Positions 48,759 through 59,073 of a DNA stretch of 64,000 nucleotides are shown piece after piece (within the stretch, counting starts at the first letter, position 1; each line of letters begins with the position of its first letter). The notes under the pieces are model-generated. The model was not told where the DNA came from and did not search any database. It was given only the letters and a program-made list of their open reading frames with translations. Source of the DNA: an uncultured Thermoleophilia bacterium (lineage in GTDB: Bacteria > Actinomycetota > Thermoleophilia > UBA2241). Location: assembly GCA_963717285.1 (NCBI GenBank), contig CAVQVW010000004.1:28494-92493 (forward strand). Reading direction: 5' to 3'. A program made the position numbers and the translations under genes.

Positions 48759-50174
48759 TCAGCCGACCGCACGTGATTCCTCCTTGGGCGCGGGCAGGAG
48801 CTCAGTCCCTGCGGGCGCTGCCTTGGCGCGCCGGCGCCACGTCTCGGCGGCCAGCAGAGCGAACACCCAAAGGCCCATGGGGTAGCGCGCGGGATTGAGG
48901 AACGTCCACGAGACGAACCCCTCGAGCAAGGTCCCCACCAGGACGCCGAACAAGACGAGAGCGAGGAACTCGGCATCCCCGTCGCCGCTCAGCGCCAACC
49001 GCAGCGCTCGAAGCGCTGCCAAGCCGTACATCAGCACGACGAGAAGGACTCCCACGAGGCCCAGCCGATAGAGGATCGGCACCCACACCAGATCGGAGCT
49101 CATGAGCCGGATCTCCCCGGCCAGCGGATCCTGTGCAGGAGGGCCGAAGCCCTGGCCCACCCAGGGCCCGACAGGTCCCAGCCAATCGTAGACACGCTCC
49201 AGCTTCTCCTGCCTGTTCTGCAGATTGGCGTCGCCAGTCAGACTGCCCGTGGCGGTCGCCTCACCGATCCTCGACGCGACGTAGGCCGACTGCACGGGTA
49301 GTGCGGTGAACGCGATGCCGACGAAGGCGACGCCGATGGCGAGGATCACGACGGCGCGCCGGACGGCGAGTCCTGCCTGCGCCCGCTTGACGAGGCGCAC
49401 GCCGAGCACGAGGAGCAGGACGACGAGCGCGATGAGGAGGAGCGAGCGGGTGTACGAGACCCAGAGAGCCCCGAGCGTCACGATCATGGCGCCGACCCAG
49501 AAGACCGTCCAGGTGCGTCTGGCGAACATGTAGGCCAGCGACAGGATGAGAAACGGCGGCATGAAGTAGAAGCTGCGCGTGAGGCGCTGGCCCATGAAGG
49601 TCACGGTCTGATACTCGGTCGCCTCGTAGATCGGCAGCTGCAACCCCTGGTGAAGGACGAAGAGACCTGCGGCGGCGGTGTTGACGACGACGAGGGCCTT
49701 GATGAAGTCCAGGGTGTCGCGGCGGCTCGCGCTGCACAGGATGGCGCGCAGGAGGAAGTAGCCGACGAACAGGTAGATGAAGCCCTTGGCCTGCACAATG
49801 ACCTGCGACAGTTCGCCGAACCGGAGCCAGCTGAGGAAGACCTCGAGCACCGCCAGTCCCGCGATGCCGGCGATGACGAGTTCCTCGGGTGGCGCCAGCG
49901 CCGGCCCGAACGGCGCCGCTCGCGGGCGCGATCGGTGCCAGACGGGCAGCAACAGGTCGAAGTACAGCAACCAGACGATGACGAGCCAGATCATGAGGTG
50001 GGTGGAGGGCGAGAAGCGTCCGGGGACCCAGAAGATCCTCGCGTTCTGGAAGAAGACCGCATCGCTCATGAACATGAGGAACGGTATGCCCAGCAGGAAC
50101 ACGCGCCGGCGGAAGGACATCCCTACGAAGAACAGCAGAAGAACGGCGGGCAGCGCGAAGCGGATGATATTCAC
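48759..50174 (-). CDS. O-antigen ligase/polymerase-like (Wzy/WaaL) membrane protein
   Basis: Multiple TM helices with SYTRS, R...WVGQGFG and LGLVG. Confidence 0.7.
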   Translation of the reverse strand: MNIIRFALPAVLLLFFVGMSFRRRVFLLGIPFLMFMSDAVFFQNARIFWVPGRFSPSTHLMIWLVIVWLLYFDLLLPVWHRSRPRAAPFGPALAPPEELVIAGIAGLAVLEVFLSWLRFGELSQVIVQAKGFIYLFVGYFLLRAILCSASRRDTLDFIKALVVVNTAAAGLFVLHQGLQLPIYEATEYQTVTFMGQRLTRSFYFMPPFLILSLAYMFARRTWTVFWVGAMIVTLGALWVSYTRSLLLIALVVLLLVLGVRLVKRAQAGLAVRRAVVILAIGVAFVGIAFTALPVQSAYVASRIGEATATGSLTGDANLQNRQEKLERVYDWLGPVGPWVGQGFGPPAQDPLAGEIRLMSSDLVWVPILYRLGLVGVLLVVLMYGLAALRALRLALSGDGDAEFLALVLFGVLVGTLLEGFVSWTFLNPARYPMGLWVFALLAAETWRRRAKAAPAGTELLPAPKEESRAVG

Positions 50175-51490
50175 TCCTGCCCGCCCTCCCCGTCGACCGG
50201 CGCGGCCCACCGCACCGCAGGCAGAGGCGCGCCCTCGCCGCTTCCCGTCACGGCGGTGGTCACCGCCGCCGTGAGTCGCTCAGTCGTGAAGCACGCCATG
50301 TAGCTGTCGATGGCGTCCGTATACGTCTCGTGGCCGCGCCTTTCGAGATCACGGAACCTCCGCCGCAGGTCGCCCCAGTCGCCGTCGCGGAATGTCATAC
50401 CGACCCCGAAGGAGTGTGCGCGATAGGCCATCAGGCCGCGCCCGGGCACCAGGACCGGTCGACCGGCAGCGAGCGCCTGCAGCATGACCCCGCTCGAACC
50501 GTCGTGGTGCCTGTACGGGAGCACGACGCAGCGCGCGGCTCGCAGGAAGAGATCGGCCGTAGCCGACGACTGGTAGTGACCGCCCGTCTCGAGCAAGGTC
50601 CCGCGCGCCGCGAGGGCTGCGCGCAGTCTGCGCACGTCGCCGTCGGACGACTCGCCGTCGAGGGCGAGACGTCCGCAGTGAAGCACGCAGGCGTCCTCCT
50701 CCAGCGCCAGCCGGAGAAGGATGTCGTAGCCGCGTCGATGCTGGTTCGTCCCGACGTAGGCAAGAACGCGGCGCCTGGGCTGAGTCGCCAGGAACTCCCG
50801 CACTCGCAAACTCCACTCCGCGGTCTCGGCCCGCTCCTCGGCCGGCTCCTCAGCATCCCGGAAGATGTCGGGCATCCAGCGATGGCTCGACGCGTGCAGG
50901 CTCGCGTAGCGCTCGTCCAGCACCAGCGCCGCAGACACGGGACAACGACGTGGCAGCAGGACCTCGTGGAAGACCTTGTCGGTGATTCCATCCCGACCGA
51001 GTCGGCTCCTGAGCCCCTGCTTCGCGCGAGCCGCGAACGCGGGCGGCGGCCGATACTGGTAGTTGGTGGAGCGGATGAAGAGGCCCGCGACGCGCCCCGG
51101 GAGCCGGCGTCCGCGCCGCACTCCAGCTGCGAGAGCAGGCAGGAGGTCGTCTGCCTCCGTCAGCAGCGTCACCCGCGCTCCGCTCTGCTGAATGAGATCC
51201 GCCACGTTCTCCAGGGTCGGGCGATATGGCATCGGACCGCCGTCGATGTCGAGCATCTCGACCGACGGATCGGCGGCCAGCCGGGCCAGGCGCGGGGACG
51301 CGGCCCCGCCCCCCCGCGGCAGATGCGCAGCGACGACAGTGCAGTATCCCATGCCGGCAAGGATCCGGGCCAGCGCCTGACAATACACCAGACGATGCCC
51401 TTCAAGGCTGGGCGATATCAGAAGGGCGACGGATCCATCCGTTGACCTTGACAGCGACTCCACTGCGAGGTCAGGACGATCCGTTCGCAC
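50171..51490 (-). CDS. GT-B glycosyltransferase
   Basis: GHRLVY, VGTNQHRRG, VVLPY...SSGVMLQALAAGRPVLVP. Confidence 0.75.
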   Translation of the reverse strand: MRTDRPDLAVESLSRSTDGSVALLISPSLEGHRLVYCQALARILAGMGYCTVVAAHLPRGGGAASPRLARLAADPSVEMLDIDGGPMPYRPTLENVADLIQQSGARVTLLTEADDLLPALAAGVRRGRRLPGRVAGLFIRSTNYQYRPPPAFAARAKQGLRSRLGRDGITDKVFHEVLLPRRCPVSAALVLDERYASLHASSHRWMPDIFRDAEEPAEERAETAEWSLRVREFLATQPRRRVLAYVGTNQHRRGYDILLRLALEEDACVLHCGRLALDGESSDGDVRRLRAALAARGTLLETGGHYQSSATADLFLRAARCVVLPYRHHDGSSGVMLQALAAGRPVLVPGRGLMAYRAHSFGVGMTFRDGDWGDLRRRFRDLERRGHETYTDAIDSYMACFTTERLTAAVTTAVTGSGEGAPLPAVRWAAPVDGEGGQE

Positions 51491-52739
51491 GCCACCACTT
51501 GAGCAGCGGCGCGACCGCGCCAGGCCTTGCGGCAGCCAAAGTGACGACCGCTGTTGGGTCCTCGTGGACCTCGAAGGACAGCGCAGGCAGGTGTGCGATC
51601 CAGCGCACGCGATCGATGCTGATCCGTGCGTTCACGGCGTAGCGGCCAGTGTTGAGCAGATGCGGATCGACCTCGCACCGCAGCGAGTTCCTCCCCACGC
51701 CCAAGTCGGGGCGTTCCTCTGCTACCGCGTCCGTCTGGTACGTTCTGAACGCCACCGATCCATCGGCCAGGGTAAGGTCGAAGCCGATCGTGAGATCGTT
51801 CGGGACGCGCGCGATGTCCACGTCCATCTCGACAGCGAACGGTTCGCTCTTGACCACCACCGGCGTTGGCCGGTCGCCGGCGCCGAGGACCCGCACGGCC
51901 GCCAGCCGGACGTCAGCGTCGCCGGGGCGCTCGTCGCCGGACCACTCGACCGAACCATCGGAGCCCCACTGAAGCTGAAGGTACTCGTCGACGACCTTCG
52001 TCGGCGGGCCCTCGTTCACGACATGCCCTGACTTGAGTTGGACGACCCGGCTACAGAGGCTGCGGACAGCCTGCATGTTGTGGCTCACGAACAGAACAGT
52101 GCGTCCGGAGCCGGCGACGTCCTCCATGCGACCCAAGCAGCGACGCTGAAAGGCAGCGTCCCCGACCGACAGCACCTCATCGATGATGAGGACCTCGGGC
52201 TCGAGGTGCGCCGCCACGGCGAACGCCAGACGAACGTACATCCCGCTCGAGTAGCGCTTCACTGGCGTGTCGAGAAACCGAGAGATCTCAGAGAACTCGA
52301 CGATCTCATCGAACCGCTGGCTGATCTCGACCCGGCTCATGCCGAGGATAGCGCCGTTGAGGTAGATGTTTTCCCGGCCCGTGAGCTCGGGGTGAAACCC
52401 GGTCCCGACCTCGAGGAGGCTGCCGACACGGCCGATGAGCTCGATCGTCCCCTCGGTCGGCTCGGTGATGCGCGAGAGGAGCTTGAGCAGCGTGCTCTTG
52501 CCGGCGCCGTTGCCGCCGATGAGACCGAGGACCTCGCCCTCCTGGACCTCAAGGGAGATATCGCGCAGGGCCCACAAAGTCTCGTTGCGGTACGTCGCTG
52601 CTCCGGGGTGCCGGATGCGGGCGATGGGCCTCTTGACAGCGGCGGTGAGCGCGTCACGAAGGGTGGCGCTTCTTTGAACGGCACCGCCGATGACGTACCG
52701 CTTGCCCACACCGTCCATGCGAACGCTCATGCTGCTCAT
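51471..52739 (-). CDS. wzt: Polysaccharide ABC transporter ATPase with C-terminal carbohydrate-binding domain
   Basis: GGNGAGKSTLL, GFHPELTGRENI, YSSGMYVRLAF, IDEVLSVGD. Confidence 0.93.
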   Translation of the reverse strand: MSSMSVRMDGVGKRYVIGGAVQRSATLRDALTAAVKRPIARIRHPGAATYRNETLWALRDISLEVQEGEVLGLIGGNGAGKSTLLKLLSRITEPTEGTIELIGRVGSLLEVGTGFHPELTGRENIYLNGAILGMSRVEISQRFDEIVEFSEISRFLDTPVKRYSSGMYVRLAFAVAAHLEPEVLIIDEVLSVGDAAFQRRCLGRMEDVAGSGRTVLFVSHNMQAVRSLCSRVVQLKSGHVVNEGPPTKVVDEYLQLQWGSDGSVEWSGDERPGDADVRLAAVRVLGAGDRPTPVVVKSEPFAVEMDVDIARVPNDLTIGFDLTLADGSVAFRTYQTDAVAEERPDLGVGRNSLRCEVDPHLLNTGRYAVNARISIDRVRWIAHLPALSFEVHEDPTAVVTLAAARPGAVAPLLKWWRANGSS

Positions 52740-52742
52740 CGC

Positions 52743-53615
52743 CTACACCACATCCGCGAACGTGCGCTCCATGCGCTTGAAGTACATGAGGCCGGTCACG
52801 AGCAGGAGGGTCACGATGATGGCCGACGCGACCAGTAGCAGATTCGGCGGGTCTCCCCCGTAAAGGGCCCAGCGGAAACCCTGGATGACGCCGATCATCG
52901 GGTTGAGGGCGAGCAGGATCCTCTGCCATCCCTCAGGATCCTCGGGAATCTGCCAGAAGACCGCAGACAGGAACATCCAGAGCTGTACGAGGAACGGGAT
53001 GATGTATTGGACGTCGCGATACAGGACGTTCAGCGCCGAGAGCCACAGGCCGCAAGCCAGGGCGGTCACCATCGCCAGCAGGACGAGGAGGGGAAGCGCG
53101 ACGATGTGCCAGCTGAATGGCAGCCCGTAGCCCACCATGAGGACGAGGAAGACCGCGAACGCGATGACGAAGTCCACGAGTCCCCCGATGACTGCCGAGA
53201 TCGGAATCACGAGCCGCGGGAAGTAGATCTTGGTTATCAGGCTGGCGCTGCCCACGAGACTGATCCCAGAGCGCGATAGCGAGCCGGCGAACAGCTGCCA
53301 AGGCAGCAGGGCGGCGTAGACGAAGATCGGATATGGGATCTCCTGCCCCGCTACGACGGTAGGCGTGTACTCGATCTTCATCAGGCGCTGGAAGACGATG
53401 GTGAAGACGACCATCGTCAGGACAGGCTGGAGTACGGCCCACGCGATGCCGAGCACTGCCTGCTTGTAGCGGACCTTGATGTCGCGCCACGTGAGGAAGT
53501 AGAGCAGCTCGCGATACTCCCAGACCTCACCCAGATTGGGCGCCGCCCAGCCGCGGGTCGGCTTGATCAGCCGTTTCGTCCTGACGGCCTCAGCGGCCGA
53601 AACATCAGTTGCCAT
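52743..53615 (-). CDS. wzm: Polysaccharide ABC transporter permease
   Basis: YRELLYFLTWRDIKVRYKQAVLG, KIYFPR, YRDV, LNPM. Confidence 0.93.
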   Translation of the reverse strand: MATDVSAAEAVRTKRLIKPTRGWAAPNLGEVWEYRELLYFLTWRDIKVRYKQAVLGIAWAVLQPVLTMVVFTIVFQRLMKIEYTPTVVAGQEIPYPIFVYAALLPWQLFAGSLSRSGISLVGSASLITKIYFPRLVIPISAVIGGLVDFVIAFAVFLVLMVGYGLPFSWHIVALPLLVLLAMVTALACGLWLSALNVLYRDVQYIIPFLVQLWMFLSAVFWQIPEDPEGWQRILLALNPMIGVIQGFRWALYGGDPPNLLLVASAIIVTLLLVTGLMYFKRMERTFADVV

Positions 53616-53880
53616 CCCACTCCGTCTCAGATGCCCAAGCAGACTGCGGACTCAAGGTGTCCCATGCGCAGCCCCGCTTCCGAAATCCGTACACAGGCCC
53701 GGTGACGCTTATCGGCAGCGAGCCCTCAATTCCTGAACCGGGATGCCGACGCCTCCATCGACGAAGTGCTGAAGGCACGAATCGATCGATCCACGAGACG
53801 ATGGCCCCCGCGTCAGCCGCCCCCTCCCCGCCGCACGGGCACCCGACGCCTCTCGTTCGCTGGATCGGAAGGAGGCAGTA

Positions 53881-55511
53881 GTGTTCAAGGTGAAGACCCT
53901 CCCCGCAGTCGTCACCGCCGCCTTTCTCTTCGCGTTCGCGTGGTCCGCGGCTCCCGCGGAAGCGCACACGGACGCCCACTACCTGCAGGACCGTCTGGCC
54001 CGGTTCGACGACTACGGCGCCAATCTGCACAAGCGTATCACCAAGCTGACCAAGCAAGCCCCGAAGGAACGTGGCAGCGCCAGGTTCCGCGCCCGCGTGC
54101 GCAGCGCCGACCTCCAGCTGCTGCGCATGAACAAGAACCTCGCACGCTTCAATCGCGCGCTGCTCGAGCGTCCCGGCATCGATGCGGGCGTCGCCGAGAG
54201 CCTGCTGGCCGGCAACGCCGAGGCCCGGCACATCGACCGCGACGCACTGCGGATGAACTCCCGTGCATTGCACCGCAAGGGCAGGACCGACCTCAACGGC
54301 AGGGTCTCCCTGCGCTACTCCGAGTCGCGCGCGCTCAGTACGAAGATCCGCGACAAGGTCGAGAAGGGCAAGAAGAGGGGTCACGACCGCGACCAGGCGC
54401 CAGACGAGCCGACCCCGACACCGGCGCCCATGCCCGCTCGCCCACGCCGACCCCGACTCCGGCACCCACCCCTGCTCCCACCCCGACGCCGACTCCGGTG
54501 CCGTCGGTCACGCCGACTCCCACACCGACGCCGACGGTGACGCCGACCCCTGCGCCGACGCCGACTCCGTGGGTAACGCCCACGCCGACACCGACCCCCA
54601 CCCCGACTCCGTGGGTCACCCCCACGCCCACTCCCACGGTGACGCCGACGGTGACGCCGACGCCGACTCCGACGCCCACGGTGGCGCCAAGCGGCACGCC
54701 GACTCCCAGCAAGACCATCGCCAACGTCGTCCTCCAGGACGGCCAGGTGTACGACGGCTATACATTCACTGGCGGAAGTTCAGTCAGAGGCGTCATCCAC
54801 ATCGACTACGACGTGCGGAACGTGACCATCAGAAACTCGATCGTCAAGGCGGGTCCGCAGAACGGCATCACCATCAACGCCGACGGCGGGACTGAAGTCC
54901 GCAACATCCGCTTCGAGAATGTCACGGTCATGTCGCAGCCCCGCATGGGCTTCGAGTGCACCGACCGCTCGAGCAACGGCATGTGGAGTGGCATCGACCT
55001 CGTCGACATGGTCTTCGAGCCGCAGGGCAATCAGGCCATCAGCTTCGACGGTCCGGCTGGCGCCGGCGACTCTACCGTCGACAACGTCACCATCAAGGGT
55101 GCAGGCACCAGCTCCACGCAACCGTGGGGCAACGCGTTCGAGATCAACGGCCCGTCGAACATGACGGTCCGCAACTGCCACTTCTATCAGCCGCGCAACC
55201 ACGTCTTGAACCTTCAGCGACACTCATCTGGGCCAAGCGGATGGGTCCTCGAGAACAACGTCTTCGATACAACGACGCGCTACCAGTCCGTCAAGCAGGA
55301 GAGCGACTCGCAAGTCGTTCTCGGACTCAACGTCGTGGGTGGCGTCTACCGCAACAACACGATCATCTCTTCGGCTCCGGGCGGGAGCGTCGCCTATCTG
55401 TCTGCGTGCCGCGACATGGACTGGCGCACCTCCGCGTGGCGCGACGCGACGAACCGCAGCGGCTACTCGACGCCGACGCGCGTGAACGGATGCTCCGGCA
55501 ACCTCTTCTGA
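53881..55511 (+). CDS. Secreted protein: signal peptide, helical domain, Pro/Thr linker, right-handed beta-helix (frameshift near 54437)
   Basis: Signal peptide ...APAEA/H, (PT)n linker, and NVTIRNS / NIRFENVT / DNVTI / NMTVRNC beta-helix coils. Confidence 0.7.
54410..54710 (+). repeat. Coding Pro-Thr tandem repeat
   Basis: Iterated ccg-acN hexamers encoding PTPTPT. Confidence 0.9.
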
Positions 55512-55539
55512 CGGTCGACGTGCCGGGCTCGTGACCGAC

Positions 55540-55589
55540 GCGTAGGGGCCGGGGATGACCGCACAGGCGGCTCGCCCCGGCCCCTACGC
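55540..55589. terminator. 15-bp perfect hairpin after the secreted-protein gene
   Basis: GCGTAGGGGCCGGGG-20 nt-CCCCGGCCCCTACGC. Confidence 0.55.
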
Positions 55590-55837
55590 ACGTCCCGCCC
55601 ACGCTCTCAGGCTCGCGAAGACCCCATCGAGCCCCCGCTCGACTGCTAGACTGACGGCCACCTGTGGATACCACGCGCGCGACTCCGGACAGGGGCTGCT
55701 GCACCGGCAGCTACCTGCCGATAGAGGCCGGGAAGCTCGATCCGCCGGCCGGAGCCGACGGCTGACACCAAGGGGAGCCGAGTGCCGAGCAAGACAGATG
55801 CGACGACCTGTGCCATGCGCGGAGCGGGCTCGACCGG

Positions 55838-56689
55838 ATGAGCGCCGTGCCGCGCATCTCCGTGGTCACTCCCTCCTTCAATCAGAAGGATTTCGTCTCC
55901 ACAACGCTCTCGTCGGTGCTGGATCAGCAGTACCCCGGACTCGAGTACGTCGTCATCGACGGGGGCTCGACCGACGGCAGCGTCGAGGTCATCGAGGGCC
56001 ACGCGGACCGCCTCGCCTACTGGGTCAGTGAGCCCGACGAAGGCCACGCGAACGCCCTGAACAAAGGCTTCGCCCGGACCACGGGCGAGATCATGTGCTG
56101 GATCAACAGCTCGGACCTCCACTTCCCCTGGACCCTCGCCACCGTGGCCGAGATATTCACCCAGCTGCCGCAGGTCGAGTGGATCATGGGCGTCCCCAGC
56201 GAGTTCGACGAGGATGGCGGTCTCAAGGACGTCCACGCCGGCTTCACCAGCGCCTACGATGTCCTCGCAGGCCATGCCCGCTCGATCCAGCAGGAGTCGG
56301 TCTTCTGGCGCCGGAGGCTGTGGGAGAGAGCGGGGAGCTGCGTCACCGAGGAGTTCAAGCGCGCCGCCGACTTCGAGCTCTGGCTCCGCTACTTCTCGTT
56401 GACCCCCCTCTGTCACGTGCAGACGGTCCTCGGCGGCTTCCGGGTCCACGAGGACCGGCTGGGCGATGCCGGCGGCGGTCACTACCAGCGCGAGATGGAC
56501 GCCTTGCTGGCGCGCTTCCGCGCCCGGCAGGATCAGCGCACGCTGCGACGCGCACGGATGGTCGCGGCCATCGGACCCGGTCGACGGAAGGTGATAGGCG
56601 AAGCGCTGCATCGCGCGGGGGTGTGGCCGTGGTATCGGCACCCCAGGATCGTCTTCGACTTCGACACCAGGCGATGGACGCTCCTCTAG
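55838..56689 (+). CDS. GT2 family glycosyltransferase
   Basis: ISVVTPSFNQ...IDGGSTDGS...ALNKGF...WINSSD...DFELWLR. Confidence 0.92.
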   Translation: MSAVPRISVVTPSFNQKDFVSTTLSSVLDQQYPGLEYVVIDGGSTDGSVEVIEGHADRLAYWVSEPDEGHANALNKGFARTTGEIMCWINSSDLHFPWTLATVAEIFTQLPQVEWIMGVPSEFDEDGGLKDVHAGFTSAYDVLAGHARSIQQESVFWRRRLWERAGSCVTEEFKRAADFELWLRYFSLTPLCHVQTVLGGFRVHEDRLGDAGGGHYQREMDALLARFRARQDQRTLRRARMVAAIGPGRRKVIGEALHRAGVWPWYRHPRIVFDFDTRRWTLL

Positions 56690-59073
56690 GCCGCAGACAA
56701 GGCGCGCCCGAGCGCCTGTCCGAGCCCGGCCGACGGCGCCTCCACGTCGTGTTCCTCATCCGGTCGTTCGGCTTTCCCGAGGGCATGGCCGCCACGCACC
56801 GGGTCAGGCTGCTCGGACGGGCACTCATCGAGCAGGGCGCGTCCGTCCGCGTGCTGTGTACTCGGGTGAGCGAGCTCCCAGGAGAGGTCCTCAGCGCGGA
56901 GACCAAGGGCACGACCCCGGAGGGCATCTCCTTCCGCTACACGACGCACTCGACCGTGCGCTCCGACTCCTTCATCGTCCGGCGTCTGCGCGAAGCGCTC
57001 GGCTTCGTCGGCGCCCTCGTTGAGCTGACCAGCATGCGGCGACGCGGATCGCTCGACTGCGTCTACCTCACGGCCGCGCCCGACGGCTGGCGGCTGAGCG
57101 TCTGGCTCCTCGTCCGTGCGATGAACGCGCAGCATGTGCCCGTGGTCGTCGAGTTCAATGAGCTGCCGGGCGACGCCACCTGGTTGCCCAGCCTGATCTC
57201 GCATCGCTTCTCCCATCTCGACGGCATGTCGGGAGCAGTCGCGATCTCTCGGTGGCTGGCCGAATGGGTGTCAGCGGAAGCGAAGCGCATCCACCGGAGC
57301 GTCGCGCAGATCGAGATCCCCATCGTGGTGGACACCGCCGAGCAGCGACCGGAGCCGTACCCGGATGGCACGCCGACGCTCGTCTACTCCGCCTCCACCG
57401 AGTACGGGAGAGCCGTCACGTTCCTCCTCAAGGCCATGCCCATCGTGTGGCGCAGGCACGGCGACTGCAGGTTGGTCGTCACAGGCATGCGGCCCGACGT
57501 CGTCACCGACCTCGTGACCCGCGAGGGTCTAAGGGACACGCTGGCGGATGGTCGCGTGGTGTCCGTCGGCTACGTCGACAGACCGCGCCTGCTGGAGCTT
57601 CACAGGGAGGCTTCAGCTCTCCTGATCCCCCTGTTCGACGACCTGCGGTCGCGCGCTCGCTTCCCGACCAAGGTCGGCGAGTACCTGGCGTCCGGCCGCC
57701 CGGTGGTCACGACCGACGTCGGTGAGACGGAACGATACCTGGGCGACGCGGTCACGGCGTACGTGGCGACACCAAGCGACCCCACCTCGTTTGCCGACCG
57801 CATCATCGAGGTGCTGGACGATCCTGCCAGGGCGGCGGCGATCGGCCAAGCGGGTCGCCGCCTCGCCGAGGAGGACTTCGACTACTCACTGCATGGACCG
57901 GCGCTCCACACCTTCCTCACCAGTCTCTCGGCGGCACCCGCGAAGAAGCCGCCGTCGGTCCGGGCAAGCGGCTCGGCCGAAGTCGGACGAGCGACCGGAT
58001 GGTTCCCACGCGCGAGCAGGATGGCAGACAAACCGGAAGCTTCCGGTCGGGCCGAGGGCTCGAGCATCCTCCCCATACGACTCGCCGTGACGATCGACAC
58101 CGAGGCGGACAGTCAGTGGGATGCCGGCGTACCCGTGACGACGCGGAACGTCGCCTACTGGGAGCCGTTTCAGGAGCTGTGCGAGACGTATGGGGTCGCG
58201 CCGACCTACCTCGTGGCGACGGAGATCGTCGAGGACGACAGGGCCCGTGACCTGCTGGGCGGCTGGGCACAAAGTGGTGCAGCCGAGATCGGTGCGCACC
58301 TGCATCCATGGACGACACCTCCCTACGTCGACCGGCCCGGCCTCCGCTACAACGATGCCGCACACGCCTACCCCTCCCAGCTGCCGGACGACCTCCTGGG
58401 CGAGAAGTTGACCGTGCTCACGAGACAGATAGGCGACGCGTTCGGCCGCGCTCCCACGTCGTATCGCGCCGGCAGGTTTGGCTTCGACACCCGTGCGGCG
58501 CGTCATCTGGCCCGCCTCGGATACAGCGTGGACTCCTCCGTGACCCCCTTGTCGTCCTGGCGCGCCCATCCCGGCAGAGATGGCGAGGGCGGCCCGGACT
58601 TCCGTCACCACTCGCCCCACCCCTTCCGAATCGAAGGCACGGGCGATCCTGATCTCCTGGAGATCCCGGTCACGGTTCTCGCGACCTACCAGCCGCTGGC
58701 GCGCTCGCGCGCCCTTCTCGAGGCCTATCGCTCGCTCCCGGTGCGGGGTGCGCGCAAGCTGGCCTTTTCACGCTGGCTTCTGCCACAACCCATGTGGCTG
58801 ACGCCCGACCCTCGCTACGATGCCGAGGACCTTGTTTCGGTGTGGCGATGTGCACAGCAAGCCCGACATCGGACGGCCGTCATGATGTTCCACAGCAGCG
58901 AGTTGATGCCGGGTGGCAGCCCGTTCCGCAAGGACGCGCGCTCTGTCCGCGAGTTGCTCGAGTCCCTGGATGCCTTCTTCTCGACCGTACGCGCGGCGGG
59001 CGGCGCGTTCGCGACCCTCTCGGCAATGGCTGAGGATCTCGAGAGCGAGCCCTTGAGGACGCGCCCGCTATGA
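56674..59073 (+). CDS. GT4 glycosyltransferase fused to polysaccharide deacetylase (CE4/WalW-like)
   Basis: GT4: FPTKVGEYLASGRPVVTTDVG. Deacetylase: VTIDTEAD, EIGAHLHPW, YRAGRFG, DSSV, LLEIP, FHSSEL. No stop between the two. Confidence 0.8.
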   Translation: MDAPLGRRQGAPERLSEPGRRRLHVVFLIRSFGFPEGMAATHRVRLLGRALIEQGASVRVLCTRVSELPGEVLSAETKGTTPEGISFRYTTHSTVRSDSFIVRRLREALGFVGALVELTSMRRRGSLDCVYLTAAPDGWRLSVWLLVRAMNAQHVPVVVEFNELPGDATWLPSLISHRFSHLDGMSGAVAISRWLAEWVSAEAKRIHRSVAQIEIPIVVDTAEQRPEPYPDGTPTLVYSASTEYGRAVTFLLKAMPIVWRRHGDCRLVVTGMRPDVVTDLVTREGLRDTLADGRVVSVGYVDRPRLLELHREASALLIPLFDDLRSRARFPTKVGEYLASGRPVVTTDVGETERYLGDAVTAYVATPSDPTSFADRIIEVLDDPARAAAIGQAGRRLAEEDFDYSLHGPALHTFLTSLSAAPAKKPPSVRASGSAEVGRATGWFPRASRMADKPEASGRAEGSSILPIRLAVTIDTEADSQWDAGVPVTTRNVAYWEPFQELCETYGVAPTYLVATEIVEDDRARDLLGGWAQSGAAEIGAHLHPWTTPPYVDRPGLRYNDAAHAYPSQLPDDLLGEKLTVLTRQIGDAFGRAPTSYRAGRFGFDTRAARHLARLGYSVDSSVTPLSSWRAHPGRDGEGGPDFRHHSPHPFRIEGTGDPDLLEIPVTVLATYQPLARSRALLEAYRSLPVRGARKLAFSRWLLPQPMWLTPDPRYDAEDLVSVWRCAQQARHRTAVMMFHSSELMPGGSPFRKDARSVRELLESLDAFFSTVRAAGGAFATLSAMAEDLESEPLRTRPL

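Noticed and set aside
54410-54710. Tandem repeats as a CRISPR array
   Set aside because: They are hexamer repeats encoding a Pro/Thr linker, with no spacers and no cas genes
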